Shown here one piece after another: positions 12,862 to 20,000 of a stretch of 20,000 bases of DNA. The stretch lies in IMG/VR virus record IMGVR_UViG_3300042934_000632. One strand, given 5' to 3'. The DNA comes from an uncultured virus (IMG/VR IMGVR_UViG_3300042934_000632). Taxonomy: Duplodnaviria > Heunggongvirae > Uroviricota > Caudoviricetes. The notes under the pieces were generated by a model, which saw only the letters and a list, made by a program, of their open reading frames with translations, was not told the DNA's origin and did not search any database. The position numbers and the translations under genes were made by a program. Every line of letters starts with the position of its first letter. Position 1 is the first letter of the stretch.

Positions 12862-13449
12862 ATGAAAGGCACATTAACAGTCATCACAGGTAGTATGTAT
12901 GGTCGCAAGTCTCTTGATCTAATTGAAGAGATTAAGAGCTGGGAGTATCAAAGTATTCCATATGTTGCTTTCTCTCCTATCAAGTCTAGTATTACCTCAA
13001 GAGGATCAAACACATCGATTCCAGCAGTTCATATTGTTCGTCAACATGCTGCTATCATCTCTTACTATATTGGATCTTTAATTCAAAAAGGTCAACTGGT
13101 AAAAGCTGTCGCTATCGACGAGGTAAGTTTCTATGACGAAGGGATTGTGTCTGTTGTTGACATCCTACTGGAAGAGGGAATCGATGTTATTGTCGCAGGA
13201 CTAGACCTCGATTTTGCTAACCAGCCCTTTGGCTACATCGGCGATTTGATGACTATGGCTGTAGATGTACGAAAAAAATATAGCGTTTGCATGAAATGTA
13301 AGACAGCTCTAGCAACAAAAACTCAGAGGCTTCTGAATGGACAACCTGCACCACTGGATAGTCCATTAATAGTTGTCGAAAGTGAGACGGAGCAGTATAC
13401 TTATGAATGCAGATGCAAAGACTGCTACGAACGGAGCACACTACTATGA
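12862..13449 (+). CDS. tdk: Thymidine kinase (TK1-like), with divergent motifs
   Basis: VITGSMYGRKS (P-loop region), IDEVSF, VIVAGLDLDFANQPFG and zinc ligands CMKC...CKDC. AAGGAG RBS. Confidence 0.92.
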   Translation: MKGTLTVITGSMYGRKSLDLIEEIKSWEYQSIPYVAFSPIKSSITSRGSNTSIPAVHIVRQHAAIISYYIGSLIQKGQLVKAVAIDEVSFYDEGIVSVVDILLEEGIDVIVAGLDLDFANQPFGYIGDLMTMAVDVRKKYSVCMKCKTALATKTQRLLNGQPAPLDSPLIVVESETEQYTYECRCKDCYERSTLL

Positions 13450-13790
13450 GTCGAGAAAAGGAGAAAGAAGTTGCGCAATCGACACGGCACTCTAAACAGC
13501 GTACGAAGGACAGGCTAGGCTTAAGCAAGAAACTCGCTGACAAAAAAGCTCAAGAAGCTCTTGATCATGGTCTACGCCATAAAGAACTTACGGGTGGGCT
13601 CAAAAAGTATATTACGTCTTTGTACTTCTATAATGAAACCGCAAATAACATTCGTGTATATCAACAGAAGGTATATATATTTAGAGACACGAAGTGTATT
13701 ACGATTCTAAATTTACCTCAGAACTTGTGTAATGTAGCTAATAAGTTACAAAAACGTAAAGATTCTTTGAGAAATAACGAAGCGATTTAA
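13446..13790 (+). CDS. Basic protein with a TxHxxxRxxxR motif, possible BECR/RelE-like (DUF4258-like) fold
   Basis: STRHSKQRTKDRLGL at the N-terminus and VYIF...CITIL at the C-terminus. ATGA overlap with the tdk stop sets the start at 13446. Confidence 0.6.
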   Translation: MSREKEKEVAQSTRHSKQRTKDRLGLSKKLADKKAQEALDHGLRHKELTGGLKKYITSLYFYNETANNIRVYQQKVYIFRDTKCITILNLPQNLCNVANKLQKRKDSLRNNEAI

Positions 13791-13800
13791 CTATGAAGAG

Positions 13801-15642
13801 GTGGTCCCATTGTTCTCTGTTCGTCTGAAAGGCGATTTCTTAGATATTCGATTTGAAACTTACCTATCTCCTAGGGAATATGCACTCACCAGTCAGATTT
13901 TCGAGGGAATGAAGGGATCATTTTTTCACGAACCGACTAATTCTTGGCGCATACCGAAGGAATTTGTAGACGATATCAACGATGCGTTCACTGATAAAGT
14001 CGCATGGTATACTTCTATCAATGAAATCAAAGGGATTCGTGAAGTTATTTTACCTAAGTTCACCGTATATTCAGAAGGGCTGGAAGATTTAAAGCTCCAG
14101 CCTTATCCTTTTCAAGTGGTAGGTGCTAGCTTCTTCCATGATTTAATGCAGGGATTACTTGCTGATGAGATGGGATTAGGAAAAAGCTTACAGTCAATTG
14201 CAGCTACCCACCTTCTTTGGAAAGAAGGACATGTTCATAAAGCTTTGGTGATCTGTCCATCTTCATTAAAATATCAATGGGCAAACGAGATTGAAAAGTT
14301 TACTGATCATAAAGCCGTTGTTATTGATGGCACACCATCAGGACGCAAGAAACAGCTTCTTCAGTGGTTTGAAGGAGATGAATTTCTTTTTGCAGTCATT
14401 AACTATGAGCTTGTTCGTAATGACTTAGAGCTAATCAAAGCGATTCCTGTTGATGTCATTATTGCTGATGAAGTCCATAAGATTAAGAATCATCTGACAA
14501 AGACTAGCATAGCTTTAAAACAGTTACGATCCAAATATAAGTTTGGAATGACAGGCACTCCTGTACAGAACAAGCCCGAAGAATTATATAATATTATGGA
14601 TTTCTTGAATCCGACAATTCTTGGAAACTTCTGGGCATTTCGTAATCGATATGTCGTTACAGGAGAAAAGTTTGGTCAGAAGAACGTGGTCATTGGATAC
14701 AAGAATCTTGATGAACTCCGTAAGCGTGTTTCACCTTACATGCTACGACGCATGAAAAAAGACGTAGCTCCTGAGCTTCCTGATATTACAATCAGTGACT
14801 ATCCTGTTGAGATGACATCCGAACAGAGACGTATCTCAGAGGCGATGTCAGAGGACTTACTTGAACTCCTTAAAGAGATTACCGAATGGAGGAAAAGCCA
14901 GCCAGCAGGAGCGCAGGACGGCTCTGACGGCGAGGTAAAGCATCCGAAGGAAGGTCAGCAGATGGGATACTTCACTATGATGCTTGAAGTTTGTGATTCA
15001 CCTCAGCTACTACTCATGAGTGATGCAAATATGCCCAAACGTTATGCTGAAGGTATTGATGCGTCTAATGTTAGAAGTCCTAAACTAGATGAGATCTATG
15101 ATCTTTGCACTGACCTTATTGATTCTGGCAATAATAAAATCATGATTTTTACACAGTTCACAAGTATGCAAAAGTTGGTTGTTGACCGTCTTAGTAAAAT
15201 TGGAAAATGTGAGATCATCAATGGATCGATGAAGCCTTTCGAAAGACAAGCATCGTTGGACCGTCACAAGTATGATGAAGAAATAAACTTCCTTGTCTGT
15301 ACAGATGCTGCAAACTATGGTCTTAATGCTCAGCACTGTAGTGTTCTGATCCATGTGGATCAACCATGGAATCCTGCAACTTACGACCAGCGTAATGGAC
15401 GTATCCATCGTATTGGTTCAGCATTTAAAGAGGTTAACATTATCAATTTGATTACCCGCGGCGGGATTGATGAGCGTATCCAGGAAGTACTCTATAAGAA
15501 AAGAGAATTCTCTAATCAGCTGGTTGAGAAAAACGCTGATGAACGCGCTGAATTAGGACGACTAAACAGCAATGTCATGAAGTCCTTGCTCAAGCAGCCT
15601 GCCAAACGGGGCAGAAAGAAAAAAGAAGAGGAGGTTGAGTGA
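13801..15642 (+). CDS. SNF2-family (SF2) ATP-dependent helicase/translocase
   Basis: LLADEMGLGKS (motif I), ICPSSL (Ia), IADEVH (II), MTGTPVQN (III), MLRRMK, IFTQF, GLN and WNP...QRNGRIHRIG (VI). Confidence 0.96.
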   Translation: MVPLFSVRLKGDFLDIRFETYLSPREYALTSQIFEGMKGSFFHEPTNSWRIPKEFVDDINDAFTDKVAWYTSINEIKGIREVILPKFTVYSEGLEDLKLQPYPFQVVGASFFHDLMQGLLADEMGLGKSLQSIAATHLLWKEGHVHKALVICPSSLKYQWANEIEKFTDHKAVVIDGTPSGRKKQLLQWFEGDEFLFAVINYELVRNDLELIKAIPVDVIIADEVHKIKNHLTKTSIALKQLRSKYKFGMTGTPVQNKPEELYNIMDFLNPTILGNFWAFRNRYVVTGEKFGQKNVVIGYKNLDELRKRVSPYMLRRMKKDVAPELPDITISDYPVEMTSEQRRISEAMSEDLLELLKEITEWRKSQPAGAQDGSDGEVKHPKEGQQMGYFTMMLEVCDSPQLLLMSDANMPKRYAEGIDASNVRSPKLDEIYDLCTDLIDSGNNKIMIFTQFTSMQKLVVDRLSKIGKCEIINGSMKPFERQASLDRHKYDEEINFLVCTDAANYGLNAQHCSVLIHVDQPWNPATYDQRNGRIHRIGSAFKEVNIINLITRGGIDERIQEVLYKKREFSNQLVEKNADERAELGRLNSNVMKSLLKQPAKRGRKKKEEEVE

Positions 15643-15707
15643 TGTTTACATTCATTTTTGGAGTTGTAGTCGGCGCTTTTGGATATCGTTTCTTTGCAAA
15701 AAAATAG
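15642..15707 (+). CDS. Candidate 21-aa hydrophobic micropeptide MFTFIFGVVVGAFGYRFFAKK (not in the ORF track)
   Basis: TGATG stop/start overlap with the helicase, GAGGAGG RBS at 15628-15634, and it fills the gap to the next RBS. Single TM-like helix with GxxxG and a basic tail. Confidence 0.6.
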   Translation: MFTFIFGVVVGAFGYRFFAKK

Positions 15708-15720
15708 ACTAGGAGGCGAA

Positions 15721-15933
15721 ATGCTAGAACATTTGATTGGACACGTTCGTAGATGGCAAATTGGCAGCACTCATTTCAAAGAAAGAATTATTCGCATTGA
15801 AAAGGATGGTGCTGTCGCTGAGCTACAGGCTGTAGATCGAAGCAAGAATCGCTCCTCGATTACCATGATTAAACTTGATTACCGCGAACTTATAAGTCGC
15901 GGCTTGATTACTACTGAAGGGGACTGGCTATAA
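15721..15933 (+). CDS. Hypothetical protein (70 aa)
   Basis: AGGAGG RBS before ATG 15721. The track start 15679 is unlikely. Confidence 0.7.
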   Translation: MLEHLIGHVRRWQIGSTHFKERIIRIEKDGAVAELQAVDRSKNRSSITMIKLDYRELISRGLITTEGDWL

Positions 15934-15967
15934 AGCGAGTCTCTTTCTCTTTACAAGGAGGGATAAT

Positions 15968-16234
15968 ATGGTACAATATCGAATATTAAAGGCTGTCACG
16001 GCGACTCAGGAATACATTGTAGAGGCAGATAGCCAGGCTGAAGCCGTTCATCTAGTATACTCCGACACTGTTAATCCCGTTTCTATAGAAATCGGGGGCC
16101 TAGATTACACTAGAGGTCTTGATTTAAGTGTTATTGACAGAGACCTGATGCTTGAAATTCTAGAGCATGGTTACATTTACACTGAAGGTATCCTAGAAGG
16201 AATCACTTTGATCGAAGAAGTGGAGGAAAAGTAA
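15968..16234 (+). CDS. Hypothetical acidic protein with an N-terminal 'VEADSQAEA' motif (DpnD/PcfM-like)
   Basis: AAGGAGG RBS. The motif Y.I...T....iVEA.s..EA is shared with 17790..18113. Confidence 0.7.
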   Translation: MVQYRILKAVTATQEYIVEADSQAEAVHLVYSDTVNPVSIEIGGLDYTRGLDLSVIDRDLMLEILEHGYIYTEGILEGITLIEEVEEK

Positions 16235-16845
16235 TGTCTACCTCAAACACTCTGGCAATTTACGCTGGAGAAGAAGTCTCTCTAGAGCAATACATTATTA
16301 ATTGCTCCTATTCTTTTGGAGCTATGCGTGGTCTTGCGGGTTCTGATATTCCTCAAAAGTTTGAACCTAGCACATATCACCCTAGAGCCATAGAAAAAAT
16401 CGAGAAAGAATTGGCGGAATTCCTTTCTAAAAGTAAAGACGAACACGAAGCTGATCGCCAAACCTCATATGAAGAAGATATATATGAGCTCGAAAAAACG
16501 ATAGCAGACAATGATTCAGCAAAGTCACGGTACGAAGCAATGATCGAAAAAGTTAAGGGTTGGACACCGCCGACTCCAGATCATGATAAGTTAAAAGAAG
16601 TAGCAATCAAAGAGCTCGAAGAAAGTATCGCATTCGATTGCAATAATAATTGGGTTGCTACAAACCTTAGCCAAATCAAAGAAAGATATGAAACGACTAC
16701 AACAGATCGGTGGATTGCAGAAAAAGTCGAAAGATTTAAAAGAGATATTGAATACCACGAAATAGCATACAAAGAAGAGATTCGGTTCACAGATGAAAGA
16801 AGCAAGTGGGTTCAGGCATTAATCAATAGCTTTACTAACAACTAG
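16234..16845 (+). CDS. Conserved-type phage hypothetical helical protein (203 aa)
   Basis: GGAGG RBS, TAATG overlap, coiled-coil segments and a WTPPTPDH motif. Confidence 0.8.
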   Translation: MSTSNTLAIYAGEEVSLEQYIINCSYSFGAMRGLAGSDIPQKFEPSTYHPRAIEKIEKELAEFLSKSKDEHEADRQTSYEEDIYELEKTIADNDSAKSRYEAMIEKVKGWTPPTPDHDKLKEVAIKELEESIAFDCNNNWVATNLSQIKERYETTTTDRWIAEKVERFKRDIEYHEIAYKEEIRFTDERSKWVQALINSFTNN

Positions 16846-16858
16846 GGGAGCTGATATC

Positions 16859-17026
16859 ATGAGTGAGTGTGCTCACGAAGGTGAAGCTCTTTTGATTGAT
16901 AAGCAGGAGGGCTATGGCATCTATCTTTGTACATGCGGACAAAGTTTTATCCGATTGGATGAGGAGGAACAAAGTGATTGTTTCAATATGCTGTCAGGCC
17001 CAGACCCTAAAGGGAACTTATACTAG
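16859..17026 (+). CDS. Small hypothetical protein (55 aa, CAH...CTCG), not in the ORF track
   Basis: GGGGAG RBS, ATG 16859. Translates MSECAHEGEALLIDKQEGYGIYLCTCGQSFIRL... and stops at TAG 17024-17026. Confidence 0.6.
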   Translation: MSECAHEGEALLIDKQEGYGIYLCTCGQSFIRLDEEEQSDCFNMLSGPDPKGNLY

Positions 17027-17192
17027 ACTTATTAATGGAGCTTTGAAATTAACAGAAAGAGAAGAAGATATTACAATCTGCTGTTCATGTTGCAAGCCCT
17101 GTGAAACGATGATGAAGGAGGAAGATAAATATGTCTCAACCAGATTCAATGGTATTAAGATCCCAAAGTTCTATAAACGCGTACAGATCTAG
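16974..17192 (+). CDS. Small Cys-rich zinc-ribbon-like protein (72 aa)
   Basis: GAGGAGG RBS before GTG 16974. Motifs SICCQA and ICCSCCKPC. Confidence 0.65.
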   Translation: MIVSICCQAQTLKGTYTRLINGALKLTEREEDITICCSCCKPCETMMKEEDKYVSTRFNGIKIPKFYKRVQI

Positions 17193-17304
17193 TCATGTTC
17201 ATTACCTTCTTCGCCGAGCTGAAGGCCTTCGTAAACGGGCAGAAGCAATCGAAGCTGACGCCCTTAAGCTACTAGCTAATACTAAAAAAGAGGAGGAAGT
17301 TTAA
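17131..17304 (+). CDS. Small hypothetical helical protein (57 aa), not in the ORF track
   Basis: AAGGAGG RBS before ATG 17131. Reads MSQPDSMVLRSQSS...KKEEEV with the stop 1 nt before the next ATG. Confidence 0.6.
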   Translation: MSQPDSMVLRSQSSINAYRSSHVHYLLRRAEGLRKRAEAIEADALKLLANTKKEEEV

Positions 17305-17305
17305 G

Positions 17306-17500
17306 ATGAAAGAACCAATCGTAAAAAGTAGAGAAGATCTTGTAGGACTTACAGGTAGTTATACTCGAACTTTTGAGATCATTGAAGCTAAAGAGTATGT
17401 ATATGAAAGCGGAAATCTTGGAGGTGTTGAAGTTCGTATCTCTGACGATATGGGTAACACTTTCTGGACGAGCTACGATAATGCTTTGAGTATGGACTAG
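17306..17500 (+). CDS. Hypothetical protein (64 aa)
   Basis: GAGGAGG RBS and tight packing. Confidence 0.7.
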   Translation: MKEPIVKSREDLVGLTGSYTRTFEIIEAKEYVYESGNLGGVEVRISDDMGNTFWTSYDNALSMD

Positions 17501-17502
17501 GA

Positions 17503-17793
17503 GTGAAAAATATGAGACTGGAATCATTTAATCTTAACAACGATGTCTATATGAGGTTGACTCCTACAGGAAAAAAGATATTGAATACTCAGCCATATAA
17601 GTTAAGTGCTTGGAAAACGGATGATGAAGGATATATTCATATACCGCTTTGGGAAGTCATGAGGATTTTCGGCAAAGAAATGCGAATGGGAATGTCGGAA
17701 GTTCCTTTTGTCAATAATGAGATTATGATCGATACTGATAAGTTTGAAAGAGCTTCCCAAAGGGAGGCTCTTTACTTTAAGGAGGATGTATGA
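17503..17793 (+). CDS. Hypothetical phage protein (~95 aa)
   Basis: FNLNNDVYMRLTPTG...IPLWEVMRIFG is a pattern typical of small phage proteins. The start may be ATG 17512. Confidence 0.75.
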   Translation: MKNMRLESFNLNNDVYMRLTPTGKKILNTQPYKLSAWKTDDEGYIHIPLWEVMRIFGKEMRMGMSEVPFVNNEIMIDTDKFERASQREALYFKEDV

Positions 17794-18113
17794 TGAGGAA
17801 ATTTATTATTCCAGTTTTCTGGACAATGTCTAACGATTTGGAAATCGAAGCAGAAACTTTGGATGAGGCCATTATAAAAGCAAGAGAATGGACTAATATC
17901 CCTGAGCAGGGTTCTGAATATGTTGCTGATAGTTACACTGTAAATACTGAATGTGCAGAGATGCTAAATGATCCAAGTCCTGGCAATACTAAAGATAGTC
18001 GGCAAATTCTAAGAACTATCTATCGATACAGTGAAGATGTATTAATGCAAATGACTGATGAACAGTGCGAAGAGGAAGTATCCGCGAATCAAATGTACCC
18101 AGAAAACTGGTAA
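17790..18113 (+). CDS. Hypothetical acidic protein with an 'IEAETLDEA' motif (DpnD/PcfM-like)
   Basis: AAGGAGG RBS and ATGA overlap. Motif shared with 15968..16234. Confidence 0.75.
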   Translation: MMRKFIIPVFWTMSNDLEIEAETLDEAIIKAREWTNIPEQGSEYVADSYTVNTECAEMLNDPSPGNTKDSRQILRTIYRYSEDVLMQMTDEQCEEEVSANQMYPENW

Positions 18114-18130
18114 AATGAGGAGGATTCGTC

Positions 18131-18304
18131 ATGGATAAAACAAAAGAACGATTATTGATCTATACTCAGGTCCGTAAACAACATCCAGAATATAATGATT
18201 ACCAAATGGCAAAAACTGTTGAAGATATCATGAGTATGATGGAGCAAGTTGAGGAGGTCAAAGAATATGGATCTTATATCTATGGCTCACTCGGAGAGTA
18301 CTAA
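18131..18304 (+). CDS. Small hypothetical protein (57 aa), not in the ORF track
   Basis: GAGGAGG RBS before ATG 18131. Reads MDKTKERLLIYTQVRKQHPEY...; stop TAA 18302-18304. Confidence 0.65.
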   Translation: MDKTKERLLIYTQVRKQHPEYNDYQMAKTVEDIMSMMEQVEEVKEYGSYIYGSLGEY

Positions 18305-18617
18305 TTACGGGGGAGCAGGCATTAGTCGTTATATGCAGCAGTATATAGATGAAGGGCTTGAAGTTAGAAATCGAGCGATTGAAAATATTGTTCGTGGATA
18401 TTTGGAGGCTCTGGATATTGAATACGATAAAGAAAATATTCAGGAAATAAATCAGTTCCTTAGGGATAATGGATACTCTATTCTTGCTCGCGGAATTCCA
18501 TCTGAGAATCTTGGAGTCGAAAGAATGTTTATTGATCTTGTTCGTACGAAGAACACTGGACATTACGTAGAAAAGTTCACAGTTCAATCCAGGGTTGTTG
18601 AAGTTAGATATCTTTAA
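18267..18617 (+). CDS. Hypothetical protein (~116 aa)
   Basis: GAGGAGG RBS before ATG 18267. Confidence 0.75.
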   Translation: MDLISMAHSESTNYGGAGISRYMQQYIDEGLEVRNRAIENIVRGYLEALDIEYDKENIQEINQFLRDNGYSILARGIPSENLGVERMFIDLVRTKNTGHYVEKFTVQSRVVEVRYL

Positions 18618-18637
18618 AGAAGGAACGAGGAGTTACC

Positions 18638-18994
18638 ATGTCGATTACTTTATATGAACAACCGAAGGGAAAATGTTTACACTGCGGACACATAGGACGT
18701 ATAAATACTCTACAGATTAATGGGATAAGTGGAGGATCAATAATTAGTTTATGTGATCAGTGTAAAGGGATGGTGAGTAACTTGTTGACAAAAGATACAG
18801 AAGAAAAAGATATTAAAGAGCTATTGATAAATATGGGGATGGATTACATGGCAGCTTCATTATCTGCTTATGGTTTTATACCTACAGACAAGTTGCTTGA
18901 AGATACCTCTATTGAAGCTGTAAAATTAATGACGAAACATATTGATGACGCTGTTCGAGATATCGTGAATAAGATGAGGGGAGGATTACAGTGA
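18638..18994 (+). CDS. Hypothetical protein with an N-terminal zinc finger
   Basis: CLHCG and LCDQC pairs. GAGGAG RBS. Confidence 0.75.
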   Translation: MSITLYEQPKGKCLHCGHIGRINTLQINGISGGSIISLCDQCKGMVSNLLTKDTEEKDIKELLINMGMDYMAASLSAYGFIPTDKLLEDTSIEAVKLMTKHIDDAVRDIVNKMRGGLQ

Positions 18995-19248
18995 CTTGGG
19001 AAGAAGAAACTATAAAAACGATTCGTAATAGTGGTGCAATTTACAGATATTACGCGCACATTCTAGATGAAGTTTGTGAGGGTATTGAGCTGATGGCTGA
19101 CCATGAAGATGCGGAAGAGATGTTGTATTTCCTTGAGAAGAAGAAAGAATGGATGGAGAGCAATTCCTTCTCTGTCCACTACCTTTGGCTAAAAGGTATT
19201 CTAACTTACCTGCGTGATTCATATTTAGATAAGGAGGATATGGGATGA
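18991..19248 (+). CDS. Hypothetical protein (85 aa)
   Basis: GGAGG RBS and GTGA overlap. Confidence 0.75.
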   Translation: MTWEEETIKTIRNSGAIYRYYAHILDEVCEGIELMADHEDAEEMLYFLEKKKEWMESNSFSVHYLWLKGILTYLRDSYLDKEDMG

Positions 19249-19478
19249 TGAAAGAAGTCGGCTATGTTATTATATGGAGAGACACAAACAAGCAGGAACA
19301 TTCAGAATATATTCATATTAATCAGGCCGACGAGCTAGTGGCCAAGTATGAAGAAGCTCTGACAATGTGCGGGGAAGAACATATCTATATTTATCCCGTT
19401 AGTGATATCCTGTCTATGTGGCAAACCCGTAATTTAATTGTAGAACTCAAAAACAATACAGCAGGAGTGGAAGCTTAA
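19245..19478 (+). CDS. Hypothetical protein (77 aa)
   Basis: AAGGAGG RBS and ATGA overlap. Weak similarity to 19788..20000. Confidence 0.7.
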   Translation: MMKEVGYVIIWRDTNKQEHSEYIHINQADELVAKYEEALTMCGEEHIYIYPVSDILSMWQTRNLIVELKNNTAGVEA

Positions 19479-19795
19479 TGGTTCAATTCAAAACAGGTGA
19501 ATGGGTTTATGGAATTATCGGGATGCGCAAAATGACAGGTTATCTTCTTGAGGTAGGCGAGACTCAGTCTCTCATGCGAATAACGCTGCCTGAGGAAGAT
19601 AAGGATCTTTCCGTCATTGTGGAAACGAGGGATTTGATTCCTTCTGCATACACTGTGCATCCTGATGACATTCCGAATCTAATTGATCTTGCTCTAAGCA
19701 TGAAAGACAAAGAATGGTTTGACCAACTGACACATGAACTTAGCTTGTGGAAGAGCGCAACAGAATATTTTGGAGGAGGTGGAATTATTGGTTGA
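19478..19795 (+). CDS. IDEAL-domain protein with an N-terminal SH3-like segment
   Basis: C-terminal IPNLIDLALSMKDKEWFDQLT fits the IDEAL domain pattern (lID.AL...Dke.F..Lt). The N-terminus is FKTGEWVYG. Confidence 0.8.
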   Translation: MVQFKTGEWVYGIIGMRKMTGYLLEVGETQSLMRITLPEEDKDLSVIVETRDLIPSAYTVHPDDIPNLIDLALSMKDKEWFDQLTHELSLWKSATEYFGGGGIIG

Positions 19796-20000
19796 GTCGA
19801 TCACTTATATGGTATGCTGGCACGACGAGACTGGTCAAAAAGAATGGGAGTCTATGACACCTCAAGAATTGTTTAATTTTTTGCAAGATAAGTTCATAGA
19901 GTATGGTCTTGCTATCGATGATGTATTTATTTATAACGAAGTTTCATATCAAGATCCAGCAGAGCTCTTTTTAAAGCTATTAAAAGAATGGGGAGAATAA
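19788..20000 (+). CDS. Hypothetical protein (70 aa)
   Basis: GGAGGAGG RBS before TTG 19788; stop TAA 19998-20000. Confidence 0.7.
   Translation: MVESITYMVCWHDETGQKEWESMTPQELFNFLQDKFIEYGLAIDDVFIYNEVSYQDPAELFLKLLKEWGE

Noticed and set aside
15918..15952. Possible terminator GGGGACTGGCT-ATAA-AGCGAGTCTCT followed by a T/C-rich run
   Set aside because: The stem has a G-G mismatch and several G-U pairs, and the T tract is interrupted. Too weak to call.
1077..19660. All minus-strand ORFs in the track (e.g. 1077..1337, 4330..4647, 7871..8203, 12520..12861, 15085..15408)
   Set aside because: They are antisense shadows of well-supported + strand genes or of regulatory gaps. They show no recognisable motifs or convincing RBS, and the window is uniformly + strand coding.

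Overview
This is a 20 kb segment of a large tailed-phage (or prophage) genome of a Bacillota host. All credible genes lie on the + strand and are tightly packed, with strong GGAGG-type RBSs and several sigma-A-like promoters. The backbone is a DNA replication and nucleotide metabolism region: dUTPase, DnaG-type primase, dNMP kinase, PD-(D/E)XK resolvase-like nuclease, thymidine kinase and SNF2 helicase, followed by many small hypothetical genes. An accessory block at about 3.4-8.9 kb is inserted between the primase and the kinase, and it holds the most interesting biology. It contains (i) a membrane-anchored 3D-domain muralytic protein, followed by a candidate ~90-nt three-hairpin sRNA whose first loop is complementary to that gene's 5' leader, and (ii) a small basic protein resembling the Bacillus ribosome rescue factor BrfA. 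It also contains (iii) a RiPP-like cassette: a 176-aa protein with three N-terminal 35-aa beta-type repeats and an 80-aa tail carrying 14 aromatic-X-(D/N) motifs, then a radical SAM/SPASM enzyme, a Cys-rich DUF483-like protein and a 2-TM protein. The cassette suggests a phage-encoded system that installs many triceptide-like (cyclophane) crosslinks on a possibly structural, fibre-like protein. Family assignments come from motif recognition only; no searches were run.
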